Source of the DNA: an uncultured Bacteroidales bacterium
Lineage (GTDB): Bacteria; Bacteroidota; Bacteroidia; Bacteroidales; UBA932
DNA length: 64,000 nt
Assembly (NCBI GenBank): GCA_946185205.1
Contig: CAMHIP010000001.1
Span: forward strand, 630 to 64,629
Direction: 5' to 3'
The notes beneath the pieces are model-generated. The model searched no databases. It saw only the letters and a program-made list of their open reading frames with translations, and was not told where the DNA came from. Shown piece by piece: positions 25,719 through 35,074 of this stretch; the stretch's first letter is position 1; the number at the start of each line of letters is the position of its first letter. The translations under genes and the position numbers were made by a program.

Positions 25719-26561
25719 TTAGAGGAAACTGGTTTCAACGGTAATGGCGGTATCGGCGGGGAGTTTGTCCACCAGGACGGCTCGCGTCCAGAATCTTAAC
25801 GCCGTGGCCATACTGTCGATGCGGCAGACGCTCACGGTACGGCGGCCGGTGCTGCCATCCGCCGAGAAGGTCAGGTCGAAGGGGTCGTTCATATACATTT
25901 CCATGCCGGCGACCAGCAACAGGGTCTTCTTGCTCCAGTCAACCGGTACGGCGTTTTCCCCCGCATACAGGGCCTGCAGTTCCGTCTGGCTGTCGATCCG
26001 CCGGATCCACGCATGATTGCCTCTCGCTTCCTCCGGCTTCCATTCGGCAACGGCCCCTCTCCAGGCGGAAACGGACGGTACGCCCAGATTCTCCGCCAGC
26101 CAGAGCACGTAATTGTCGGCCTTGTCATCCTTTTTGTACAGCTCCCGCCAGCTCATGCCCTGCAATTCACCGGTCAGGATGCGGCCGTTGGCATCGCCGT
26201 TGAGCCCGTTCACAAACAGGTACAGCCATTCCGGCTGCCCGTTGACCTGGACATTCGGCAGGATGGCAAAGACCCAGGTCGGGACCTCGGTGATTCCTGC
26301 CAGCACCGGCTCGGCTTCGCCGTCCCGTTTACAGTAGAGTTTCGTCTGAGCCGGAAGCAGCTCCATACTCACCAGGACGCCGCGGTGAAGGAAGCGGTCC
26401 AGGAGGGGTTGGATCTGCTTTTGGGCTGCCTGGACCGTAATCGGGGTCGCGGTCGGAATCGGATCTGACGCGTTTGAAGTCAGGTCCGGCATGGACAGTT
26501 TGCCACATCCGGCCGACAGGCAAAGTGCGGCAAGGAGAAAGGAAAAGGTAAGGTGTTTCAT
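25719..26561 (-). CDS. Hypothetical two-domain lipoprotein; C-terminal domain PrcB-like
   Basis: SAGC lipobox; IDSQTELQALY...VDWSKKTLLL...ATAL..W..AVLVDKL resembles protease-complex PrcB C-terminal domains (from memory). Confidence 0.6.
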   Translation of the reverse strand: MKHLTFSFLLAALCLSAGCGKLSMPDLTSNASDPIPTATPITVQAAQKQIQPLLDRFLHRGVLVSMELLPAQTKLYCKRDGEAEPVLAGITEVPTWVFAILPNVQVNGQPEWLYLFVNGLNGDANGRILTGELQGMSWRELYKKDDKADNYVLWLAENLGVPSVSAWRGAVAEWKPEEARGNHAWIRRIDSQTELQALYAGENAVPVDWSKKTLLLVAGMEMYMNDPFDLTFSADGSTGRRTVSVCRIDSMATALRFWTRAVLVDKLPADTAITVETSFL

Positions 26562-26572
26562 GATTCGATCAT

Positions 26573-28051
26573 TTATCTCGCGGATGATTTCAGGTCGAAG
26601 GACAGGCCGGCGCGCAAGGAGAACAGCGGCCGGTCATCCCAGTTGGTGATGTAGGAACTTCGGTTGAGGTAATATCCGAGCGAGGGGCTCAGGTAGATCC
26701 TCACGCCGCGCAGCAGACGGAAATCGACACCCGCCTGAAGGTTGGCGGAGAACAGCACCGGCTCGGGCTGCATTTCCGTGCCCGTGACATGGATGCATTT
26801 TTCGGCCAGCAGGCCGCCGCCGACATAGAAGCGCAAGCGGTTGTCGGGATTGATGTAGCCGTGCAGTTCGACAGGAATGCCCAGGTAATGGAGCGCGGCA
26901 CCTTGCCAGGTCACTTCCGTCGGTTGCTGGCCGGGTTCCGCATTCGTGCTCACCCGGGCACCGGATCGCTGGGTATAGGCCAGGCCGGCGCTCAGCGTCA
27001 GGCGGCGGGTCATCGGAAGGGCGGCGGAGACACCGAAACTCACTGGCAGGACCGGGGTGTCCGTCCCGCTGTAGCGGGTGTTCGCAGAAGACTGTACCGG
27101 ATGGCCCAGGGTTTGGGTGACTGAATTGTACTGGAATTGGGTATTCGGGTCATTGGAATCCCACGAAACGATGGCTCCGTCGTAGTCCGGGTATATGATG
27201 ACGCCGCCCCCGGACAATGAGGCATCGCTGGCGTACATGATTCCTCCGTTGGTAAAGGATGGGGTCAGGGCACCGGCGCCGCCCGAAGACCCCACCTGCA
27301 GACGCAGGCTGACCGGGCCGCGGCGGGCTTTTTTCTGCTTATCGGGTTCGTCCGGGAGGTCTTGCAGCGCTGCCTCGGCGAGGGTGCCGGGTCCGCCGGC
27401 GGACAGGTCGGTGGAAGCCTGCGCGGTGGCGGAGGCGGGGAGGTTTTGGGCGGCGGATGCGTCGGTCCTTCCCGTCTCTACGGCGTCATTCCCGCCCCGG
27501 GCGGAAGGGGCAGTCTGGTCCGGGGACGGATTGGCCGGTCCTTCTTTTCCGTTATCGGTCGCGGTCTGATGGGAGGACGGGGCCGCAGGATTTCCGTTAT
27601 CGGAATCCGCCCGTTTTGAGGACGGGGTGGCCGTTTTTCCTGTTCCGTTATTAAAAACGGGCGTTTTTGAGGACGGCGCCTGGGAGGACGCGACGGAGGC
27701 GTCGGCCGCTGCAGGGGCAGGGTCGGAGGCTGCTGCGGGGGCGGAGTTGGCGGCGGGTGCCGGGTCCGAAGCCGGGACCGTCGTCGCGGGGACCTCCTGC
27801 ACCAGCAGGCCGGGAGCAGGGGTTTTCGCCGGACGGAGCAGCAGGACGGCGGCCAGGACGGCGGCGACCCCGGCCAGGGCCCAGGGCCACAGGGCTGCTG
27901 CCGTCGGCCAGGAAATACCGCCCTTTCCCGGGATTTCCGGGTCGACCCCGGCCGCCCAGCCGTCCTCCAGCGGCAGCCGGGCGTCCTGCAAGCGGTCCCG
28001 CAGGGCGTCGGTCCAATCGTGTTGTTTATTTTTCTTCATCATCATGTCCAT
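26573..28051 (-). CDS. Putative trans-envelope anti-sigma factor: N-terminal cytoplasmic helix, TM, low-complexity linker, C-terminal OM beta-barrel
   Basis: DWTDALRDRL N-terminus, hydrophobic WALAGVAAVLAAVLLL, Pro/Ala/Ser linker, barrel strands HYLGIPV and FSLRAGLSF; overlaps the ECF sigma stop. Confidence 0.75.
   Translation of the reverse strand: MDMMMKKNKQHDWTDALRDRLQDARLPLEDGWAAGVDPEIPGKGGISWPTAAALWPWALAGVAAVLAAVLLLRPAKTPAPGLLVQEVPATTVPASDPAPAANSAPAAASDPAPAAADASVASSQAPSSKTPVFNNGTGKTATPSSKRADSDNGNPAAPSSHQTATDNGKEGPANPSPDQTAPSARGGNDAVETGRTDASAAQNLPASATAQASTDLSAGGPGTLAEAALQDLPDEPDKQKKARRGPVSLRLQVGSSGGAGALTPSFTNGGIMYASDASLSGGGVIIYPDYDGAIVSWDSNDPNTQFQYNSVTQTLGHPVQSSANTRYSGTDTPVLPVSFGVSAALPMTRRLTLSAGLAYTQRSGARVSTNAEPGQQPTEVTWQGAALHYLGIPVELHGYINPDNRLRFYVGGGLLAEKCIHVTGTEMQPEPVLFSANLQAGVDFRLLRGVRIYLSPSLGYYLNRSSYITNWDDRPLFSLRAGLSFDLKSSAR
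27549..27676. repeat. In-frame array of three 32-bp quasi-palindromes in the anti-sigma linker
   Basis: CCGTTAT...GAGGACGG units at 27549, 27594 and 27645 (periods 45 and 51), encoding PSSxxxxxD/NNG. Confidence 0.7.
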
Positions 28052-28619
28052 ATTTTGCCGTGATCATGGCGGCCAGCCGGCGCCTTGCTTTGAAGTATTG
28101 GGTCTGGGAGGTCTTCTCCGTAATGCCGAGCAACTGCGCGATCTCCCGGTGTGTGTATCCGTCGAGGCAGAAGAGGTTGAACACCGTCCGGTAGCCCTCC
28201 GGCAGGGATGCGATCAGCTCGATCAGCTCCTCTACGGGGATTTGCCGCAGGCGGTCCGGATCGACCGGCGGTTCTTCCGGCCCCGGCTCGTGTGCGCCGT
28301 ACCGGACGCCTTCTTCGTCATCCCGGACCTGATCCGGGATCTCCAGGAAATGTCTCCCTCGCCTCAACTCGTCCACCGTCAGGTGCACCGCGATCTGACA
28401 GAGCCAGGCCCCGAGCGAACCCGCCCGCCGCGGACGGAATCGGTCCAGGGACTCCCAGGCCTTCAGGAATGTATCGTGCACCAGGTCACGGGCCCGGTCG
28501 GCATCCCGGATATAGCGCCGACACACGGCCAGCACACGCCCCGCATAGGTTTCGTACATTTCCTGTCTGGCGCCTGGCTCCCCGGCTCTGCAGCGCCGGA
28601 CCAGGCTCTTTTCATCCAT
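28026..28619 (-). CDS. ECF-type RNA polymerase sigma factor
   Basis: Region 2 (ARDLVHDTFLKAW, GAWL) and region 4 (LPEGYRTVFNL, HREIAQLLGI). Confidence 0.92.
   Translation of the reverse strand: MDEKSLVRRCRAGEPGARQEMYETYAGRVLAVCRRYIRDADRARDLVHDTFLKAWESLDRFRPRRAGSLGAWLCQIAVHLTVDELRRGRHFLEIPDQVRDDEEGVRYGAHEPGPEEPPVDPDRLRQIPVEELIELIASLPEGYRTVFNLFCLDGYTHREIAQLLGITEKTSQTQYFKARRRLAAMITAKYGHDDEEK
28317..28342 (+). repeat. CGTC-type REP in frame within the ECF sigma gene
   Basis: (C)GTCATCCCGGACCTGATCCGGGATCT encodes EIPDQVRDD; 23/26 identical to the intergenic copy at 31645-31670. Confidence 0.85.
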
Positions 28620-28915
28620 CAACTCACGCACTTTGAAGAATCTTCACCAAGATAACGAGAATCTTCGGAAAAACTGCCCGGATGCCTGCACATATTTTCT
28701 GCACGCCCCTCTCCGCCCGGCGAAGGATGGGGGCAACGGGGAGGGCTGGGGGGCTCTCGCCCTGGCGTGACATGGAAACGTTTGATTACTAGTCTTTTGT
28801 CCCGAAAAGGGGTACCGAAAAAATGGCCCCCTGTTTGAATTAAGTTATTACTATACAAAATGTTGCAAGTCACGGCCAGCTGGGCGCCACCGCACCCCGG
28901 CATAGGAGGGAGGGG

Positions 28916-30280
28916 TCAGGCCAGGAAGTTGGTGAGGAAGATCACCACGATGGCGACCGGGGCGATGTAGCGCAGCAGGAACCAGAAGGCGTCGAAGACG
29001 GCGCAGTTGAAGCGGGCCGTGCCGCCGGAGGTGAACTCGCTCCGCACGGTGGCGCGGTCCATCTTCCAGCCGACAAAGAGCACGAAGAGCAGTCCGCCGA
29101 AGGTCATCAGGAAGTTGGAGGTCAGCATGTCGCAGAAACTGAAGATCGACAGGCCGAAGAGCTGCACCTCCGCGAGCGGGCCGAAAGACAGGGAGCAGAG
29201 CGCCCCGAGGATCCAGCATCCCAGGAAAATCAGCACCGTGGCCTTGTGCCGCGACAGGCCCCGCTGCTCCACCAGATAGGCCACGCCCACCTCGTACATC
29301 GAAATCGCCGAGGTAAACGCCGCGAACACGATGGTCACGAAGAACAGCACCGCCACGACGGCGCTGACCCAGGGCACCGCGGCGCCCATCTTGGCGAAAA
29401 TATAGGGCAGCGTCTCGAAGACCAGCCCGGGCCCGGCCCCCGGCTCGATCCCGGCGGCAAACACCGCCGGCATGATGGCGAAGCCCGCAATCAGGGCGAA
29501 CAGGAGGTCGAATCCCACCGTGCCCAGCCCGGTCACCAGGATGTTCTCATCCCGCCGGATATACGACGCATAGGTCAGGATGGTCCCGACGCCCAGCGAG
29601 AGCGAGAAGAAGCTCTGCCCCATCGCAGCCGCTACGGCGGACGGGGTGATCTTGCTGAAATCCGGCTTCAGCAGATAGTCCGCCCCCGCGCGGGCGCCCG
29701 GCAGCGAGAGCGAATAGAACATGATGACCACGATCAGCACGAACAGCAGCGGCATCGTGATCTTGTTGAAGCGCTCGATCCCCGACTTCACGCCCGCCGA
29801 CACGATCCCGGCACAGCCCAGCAGGAAGAGCGTATGGCAGAGCAGCGGCACCCACGGCTCGGCCACAAAGCGCCCGAAAGCCGACGAGACCGCCCCGATG
29901 TCGGAGGCGTGGAACCCCGTGGTCACGGCCTGCCACAGATAGCCGACGGACCAGCCGCCCACGACGCTGTAGTAGGACAGGATGATGAGCGGGGAGATGA
30001 CCGTCAGCAGGCCCAGCCACTTCCACTTCGTGCCGGGCGCCAGCTGCTCCATGGCGCCGAAGGTCCCGGCATGCGTGCGGTGTCCGATAATGGCCTCGGC
30101 CAGGAAAATGGGCAGCGACAGCAGCAGGCAGCACAGCAGGTAGATGACGATGAACGCCGCACCGCCCATCTGGCCCACCATATAGGGGAAGCGCCAGATG
30201 TTGCCCAGCCCGATGGCGGAGCCCGCCAGGGCCAGGATGGCGGCGGACCGGCCGCCGAAATGCTCCCGTTTCGCAGCCAT
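28916..30280 (-). CDS. Sodium-dependent transporter (NSS/SNF family)
   Basis: GSAIGLGNIWRFPY, YYSVVGGW and QSFFSLSLG motifs. Confidence 0.93.
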   Translation of the reverse strand: MAAKREHFGGRSAAILALAGSAIGLGNIWRFPYMVGQMGGAAFIVIYLLCCLLLSLPIFLAEAIIGHRTHAGTFGAMEQLAPGTKWKWLGLLTVISPLIILSYYSVVGGWSVGYLWQAVTTGFHASDIGAVSSAFGRFVAEPWVPLLCHTLFLLGCAGIVSAGVKSGIERFNKITMPLLFVLIVVIMFYSLSLPGARAGADYLLKPDFSKITPSAVAAAMGQSFFSLSLGVGTILTYASYIRRDENILVTGLGTVGFDLLFALIAGFAIMPAVFAAGIEPGAGPGLVFETLPYIFAKMGAAVPWVSAVVAVLFFVTIVFAAFTSAISMYEVGVAYLVEQRGLSRHKATVLIFLGCWILGALCSLSFGPLAEVQLFGLSIFSFCDMLTSNFLMTFGGLLFVLFVGWKMDRATVRSEFTSGGTARFNCAVFDAFWFLLRYIAPVAIVVIFLTNFLA

Positions 30281-30283
30281 GTC

Positions 30284-31621
30284 CTACAGGATGAAATTGG
30301 TGAAGAAGATGATGACGACCGCGATCGGCGCCACCCACTTGATCAGGAAATAGACCAGCGGGAAGATGCGGCCGTTGGCCGGACAATGGCCCCGGCTCGT
30401 GAACTCGTCGAGCGGGACGCGCCTGGGCAGGACGAAGCCGACGAACAGCACCGCGAGCAGCGCCATCAGCAGGAGCAGGATGTTGGAGCAGAGCCAGTCC
30501 AGGAAATCAAAGACCGGGGACGACAGCGAACACAGCACGCCGAGCGAACCGCAGGCCAGGAAAAGCGCCCAGCAGGCTCCCCGGCGGGTCATGTGGACGC
30601 GCTCGACCAGGAAGGCCACGCCCACTTCGATCAGCGAGATGCAGGAAGTCATGGCGGCCACGATGATGGCCAGGAAGAAAAGGATCGAGGCCACGGCGCT
30701 GATCACGGGCAGTTCCACGCCCATCTTGGCAAAGACGAACGGGATGCTCTGGAAGATCAGGCCCGGTCCCGCGCCCGGCTCGATCCCGGCGGCGAACACC
30801 GCCGGCATGATGGCGAAGCCGGCCAGGATGGCGAACAGCAGGTCGGACAGGGCCGTGCCCGCGCTGGTGGCCACGATGTTCTCCTTCCGGCTCACATAGG
30901 AGCCGTAGGTGATGATGCAGCCCATCCCGAGCGAGAGCGAATAGAAACTCTGTCCGAGCGCATAGGCGAAGGTGCGCGGCGTGAGCTGGCTCCAGTCGGG
31001 ATACAGCAGGTAGCGCACCCCCTCCCCCGCACCCGGAAGACTGATCGAATAGGTCAGGATCACCAGGATCAGCGCGAAGAGGACGGGGAGCGTGATCTTG
31101 CTGAATTTCTCGATGCCGGACTTCACGCCTCCGGCCACCACGAGCACGGAGACGCCCAGGAAGGCGAGGTGCGTCAGGACCGGTGCCCACGGCGAGGAGA
31201 CGAACGTGCCGAACAGGTCGCTGACCGACTCCGGCGGAGTGCGCATGAAGGTCAGGGTGCAGGATTTGAAGAAATAATCCAGGGACCAGCCGCCGATCAC
31301 GCTGTAGTAGGAAGCGATCAGCAGGGGGATCAGGATGGACAGGTAGCCGACGCCCTTCCAGAAAGGATGCTGCCGGGACAGGCGGGCGAAGGCGTCCAGC
31401 GCGTTGGTGTGGCTCCTGCGCCCGATCATCACCTCGGCGATGAAGACGGGCAGGGATACCAGCAGCGTGCACACGACATAAATGATCACGAATACGGCGC
31501 CGCCGTGCTCCCCCACCATGTAGGGGAAGCGCCAAATGTTACCCAGGCCGATGGCTGAGCCCGCCATGGCCAGGATGACGGCCAGGCGGCCGCCGAAATT
31601 TTCGCGGTTCTGTGTTGCCAT
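30284..31621 (-). CDS. Sodium-dependent transporter (NSS/SNF family), tandem paralogue
   Basis: GSAIGLGNIWRFPY and QSFYSLSLG motifs. Confidence 0.93.
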   Translation of the reverse strand: MATQNRENFGGRLAVILAMAGSAIGLGNIWRFPYMVGEHGGAVFVIIYVVCTLLVSLPVFIAEVMIGRRSHTNALDAFARLSRQHPFWKGVGYLSILIPLLIASYYSVIGGWSLDYFFKSCTLTFMRTPPESVSDLFGTFVSSPWAPVLTHLAFLGVSVLVVAGGVKSGIEKFSKITLPVLFALILVILTYSISLPGAGEGVRYLLYPDWSQLTPRTFAYALGQSFYSLSLGMGCIITYGSYVSRKENIVATSAGTALSDLLFAILAGFAIMPAVFAAGIEPGAGPGLIFQSIPFVFAKMGVELPVISAVASILFFLAIIVAAMTSCISLIEVGVAFLVERVHMTRRGACWALFLACGSLGVLCSLSSPVFDFLDWLCSNILLLLMALLAVLFVGFVLPRRVPLDEFTSRGHCPANGRIFPLVYFLIKWVAPIAVVIIFFTNFIL

Positions 31622-31644
31622 AATACCACTACCAACTTACAGTC

Positions 31645-31670
31645 AGATTCCGGATCAAGTCCGGAATGAC
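31645..31670 (-). repeat. Intergenic CGTC-type REP
   Basis: Minus strand GTCATTCCGGACTTGATCCGGAATCT. Confidence 0.85.
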
Positions 31671-31690
31671 AACGGAGGGAACCGGAATCC

Positions 31691-32179
31691 CTACCGCTTC
31701 ACATAGGTCACGAACTCGTATTCGAGTCCGGAGGCCTCGTCCCGCAGGAGGGGCGACCGGGCCTCAACGGCCCAAATATCGGAATTTATTTCCGGAAAAA
31801 AAGCATCCGCGTCCGGAATTGTCGTGTGAATGTGCGTGATAAACAGGCGGTCCATCGTGTCGATGACGGCCCGATAGACGGACGCGCCGCCGATCACGAA
31901 CACCCGCGGCGCCGTGCCCGCCGCCTCGTAGGCCTCCTCCATCGAACCCACGCAGGTGGCTCCCGGGATGGGAGCGGCACTGCGCGTGAGCACGATATTG
32001 GTCCGGCCGGGCAGCGGCCGGCCGATGGAGGCGAAGGTGGTCCGGCCCATGATCACGGGACAGCCCATCGTGACCCGCTTGAAATACCGCAGGTCGCCCG
32101 GCAGGTGCCAGGGCATCTGTCCGCCCCGGCCGATGGCGCCGTTGTCCGACACCGCCACGATGAGGTTCTTCTCCATCAT
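31691..32179 (-). CDS. folA: Dihydrofolate reductase
   Basis: [37 protein letters not shown] and DAFFP motifs. ATG overlaps the thyA TGA. Confidence 0.95.
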   Translation of the reverse strand: MMEKNLIVAVSDNGAIGRGGQMPWHLPGDLRYFKRVTMGCPVIMGRTTFASIGRPLPGRTNIVLTRSAAPIPGATCVGSMEEAYEAAGTAPRVFVIGGASVYRAVIDTMDRLFITHIHTTIPDADAFFPEINSDIWAVEARSPLLRDEASGLEYEFVTYVKR

Positions 32180-32970
32180 ACGGCTACGGGTGCCTTGATC
32201 GCCGGCCAGGGGTCGTAGCCCTCCAGGGTGAAGTCTTCGTAGGTGAAGTCGAAGACGCTCTTCACCTCCGGGTTGAGCTTCATCACCGGCAGGGGGCGCG
32301 GGGTGCGGGACAGCTGCTCGCGCACCTGGTCGAAATGGTTGAGGTAGATGTGCGTGTCGCCCGTGGTATGGATGAATTCCCCGGGCTGCAGGCCGCAGCT
32401 CTGGGCGATCATCATCGTCAGGAGGGCGTAGGAGGCGATGTTGAAGGGCACGCCGAGGAAGGTGTCCGCGCTGCGCTGGTAGAGCTGGCAGGAGAGCCGC
32501 CCGTCCGCCACGTAGAACTGGAACAGGCAGTGGCACGGGGGCAGGGCCATCCGGTCCACCTCGCCGGGATTCCACGCCGTCACGATCATGCGGCGGGAAT
32601 CCGGGTTGCGGCGGATGGTGTCGATCACCTGCGAGAGCTGGTCGATGCTGCGCCCGTCGGGGGCGGGCCAGTTGCGCCACTGGTGGCCATAGACGGGGCC
32701 CAGGTCGCCGTTCTCGTCGGCCCACTCGTCCCAGATGGTGACTTTGTGGTCCTGGAGGTACTTGACGTTGGTGTCGCCGGCAATGAACCAGAGGAGCTCG
32801 TAGATGATGGACTTGAGGTGCACCTTCTTGGTGGTCAGCAGGGGGAATCCTTCCGCGAGGTCAAAGCGCATCTGGTGGCCGAAGATGCTCTTCGTCCCCA
32901 CCCCGGTGCGGTCGTGCTTGACCACGCCCCGGTCCATGATTTCCTGCAGAAGGTCGAGATACTGCTTCAT
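32176..32970 (-). CDS. thyA: Thymidylate synthase
   Basis: DRTGVGT, GPVYG, MALPPCH and [14 protein letters not shown] motifs. Confidence 0.97.
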   Translation of the reverse strand: MKQYLDLLQEIMDRGVVKHDRTGVGTKSIFGHQMRFDLAEGFPLLTTKKVHLKSIIYELLWFIAGDTNVKYLQDHKVTIWDEWADENGDLGPVYGHQWRNWPAPDGRSIDQLSQVIDTIRRNPDSRRMIVTAWNPGEVDRMALPPCHCLFQFYVADGRLSCQLYQRSADTFLGVPFNIASYALLTMMIAQSCGLQPGEFIHTTGDTHIYLNHFDQVREQLSRTPRPLPVMKLNPEVKSVFDFTYEDFTLEGYDPWPAIKAPVAV

Positions 32971-34016
32971 TACTTCCTGACGCCGAAGGCGAAAATGATG
33001 GCTTCGTGGAAGGTCTTGCCCGGCTCCAGGACCGTGGTCGGGTAGGCCGGCCGGTTGGGGCTGTCGGGGAAGTGCTGGCACTCCAGGGCCACGGCGTCAT
33101 AGTCGTGATACACGCGGCCGCGCTTGCCCTGCGGGCAGCCGTTCAGCCAGTTGCCCGTATAGACCTGGATGCCCGGCTGGGTGGTGAAGATCTTGAGCGA
33201 ACGGCCGCTGCGGTTGGACCACAGCTCGGCCGCCTCCTGGAGCTGGCCCTTGCGGTAGCCGTCGATCACCCAGCAGGCGTCGTAGCCCTTGCCGTAGTTC
33301 AGGGCCGGGAAATCCTTCTTGATGTCGCGCCCGAGGGTCTTGGCGTTGAGGAAGTCCATCGGGGTGCCGGCCACGGGCTCCGGCTCGCCCAGCGGGATGA
33401 GGGTGGAGTCGGTCGGAAGGTATTCCGAGCAGTTGAGCTTGAGGAAATGCTGCAGGGCGGAACCCTTGCCGTTGAGGTTGAAGTAGGCGTGGTTGGTCAG
33501 GTTGATGACCGTGCGGGCGTCGGACTTGGCGCTGAAGGTGAGCCGGAGCTCGTTCTCCTCGCTCCACTCATAGCGCGCCACCACGACCACGCTGCCGGGA
33601 TAGCCCATCTCGCCGTCGGCGGAGACATATTTGAACTCCACGCCGCCCTTGTGCTTGCGGGATTCCCAAACCTGGTTCTGGAAGCCCTGGGGGCCGCCGT
33701 GCAGGTGGTTGGGGCCGTTGTTGACGGGCAGGGTGTAGGCCTTGCCGTCCAGGGAGAACTTCCCGTTCGCGATGCGGTTGGCGAAGCGTCCCGGGCACTT
33801 GCCTGCGCAGGGACCGTCGCCGAAATAGCTCTCCGCCTTGCCATAACCGAGCACGACATCGGCGAGCTTGCCGTCCCGGTCGGGGACGTTGACGCCCACG
33901 ATGGCGGCTCCGACGCTGCCCAGCACCACGGAGGCGCCGCTCGCATTGGTCATGGTGTACTTGTAGATGGCCTTGCCATCGGGGGTCCTGCCCCAAAGTT
34001 TTCTGTTGATCGCCAT
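32970..34016 (-). CDS. galM: Aldose 1-epimerase
   Basis: [27 protein letters not shown] and ALECQ motifs. Confidence 0.92.
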   Translation of the reverse strand: MAINRKLWGRTPDGKAIYKYTMTNASGASVVLGSVGAAIVGVNVPDRDGKLADVVLGYGKAESYFGDGPCAGKCPGRFANRIANGKFSLDGKAYTLPVNNGPNHLHGGPQGFQNQVWESRKHKGGVEFKYVSADGEMGYPGSVVVVARYEWSEENELRLTFSAKSDARTVINLTNHAYFNLNGKGSALQHFLKLNCSEYLPTDSTLIPLGEPEPVAGTPMDFLNAKTLGRDIKKDFPALNYGKGYDACWVIDGYRKGQLQEAAELWSNRSGRSLKIFTTQPGIQVYTGNWLNGCPQGKRGRVYHDYDAVALECQHFPDSPNRPAYPTTVLEPGKTFHEAIIFAFGVRK

Positions 34017-34020
34017 AATG

Positions 34021-34998
34021 TTATTGATTTTGAGTGTTTTGCAGATAAGAGACGACCCGCTCCACGGGGGCGTCTTTCAGCACGATCCGCTTCTCGCCGT
34101 CCAGCAGCCAGAGCGAGGGAATCGCGCGGATGTTGTAGAGTCGGTCGGAGCGGATGATCCCGTCGGGGTCGTAGCCGCAGAGCCAGTTGCGCGGGTAGTT
34201 GGGTTCGTAGGCGCGCCAGGCGTCGAGGTCCTCGTCGATATAGACGTTGACGACCGCAAAGGCTCCGCGTGCGATCATCCCGTCTATGCCGGGCACCGCC
34301 TCCAGGGTCTCGATGATCTCCCGGCAGGCGTGGCAGCCGGGGTTGCTGAAGAAGAGCAGGACGGTCCCCGCGCGGACATCGTGCAGGCGGCGCGTGCGGC
34401 CGCGGGCGTCCGTGAAGCGGAAGTCCGGGGCCACGGAGCCGGTCTGCGCCAGGGCGCACATCACCCGCTGGTACTCATAGCCCGGGCGGGCTTCCTCGCG
34501 GGTGAAGGGAGAATCCGCAAGCCCGTCAACGTAAGGAAGATACAGGTCTTCGTCCCGGACCGGGGAATTGGGATCGTAGAGGTAGCGGGTCACGATCTGT
34601 TCCATCAGCAGGAAGACCTGCGAGGCCGTGTCGGCGGCCTGCCGGGCTTCCACCTGGTCGAAGAAGTGCCGCATCTTCCGCTGCGCCTGCGGGAGCGGGA
34701 TCTGGCGGAGCAGTTCGGCATAGGTGGCCACCTGCTGCTCCACGTCGCCATGCGGAACGCCCAGCACGGCGCCCGTGTCGCAGGGTCCGTCGCCGGCCAG
34801 GAAGCGGTCCCAGAAATGGTCCAGGAACCAGTCCCGGCGCTCATCCGGGTCGGTATAGACCGCCGGGATCTCGGGATACGGGAACGGCCGCAGCTGCCTT
34901 TCGGCGGCCGCCTGCGGCTTTCCGGCGCCGCCCGGACGGCAGGCCGGCAGCAGCAGCGCCGCCAGCAGCAGAGGCAATATGAGACTCCTGATTTTCAT
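34021..34998 (-). CDS. DUF5106-like lipoprotein with C-terminal thioredoxin (CxxC) domain
   Basis: LPAC lipobox; HFWD, YLYDPNSP, APDF and NPGCHAC motifs. Confidence 0.8.
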   Translation of the reverse strand: MKIRSLILPLLLAALLLPACRPGGAGKPQAAAERQLRPFPYPEIPAVYTDPDERRDWFLDHFWDRFLAGDGPCDTGAVLGVPHGDVEQQVATYAELLRQIPLPQAQRKMRHFFDQVEARQAADTASQVFLLMEQIVTRYLYDPNSPVRDEDLYLPYVDGLADSPFTREEARPGYEYQRVMCALAQTGSVAPDFRFTDARGRTRRLHDVRAGTVLLFFSNPGCHACREIIETLEAVPGIDGMIARGAFAVVNVYIDEDLDAWRAYEPNYPRNWLCGYDPDGIIRSDRLYNIRAIPSLWLLDGEKRIVLKDAPVERVVSYLQNTQNQ

Positions 34999-35074
34999 CC
35001 AAACTATAAAGATAGGAAAAAACGTCCAAATAGCAGTCTTGGGAATCCTGTTTATTAGTATTATTTTTGCACCG

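Noticed and set aside
31691-32725. Apparent long DHFR or TS-DHFR fusion
   Set aside because: The extension is an alternative frame of thyA; thyA and folA are separate genes coupled by ATGA overlap.
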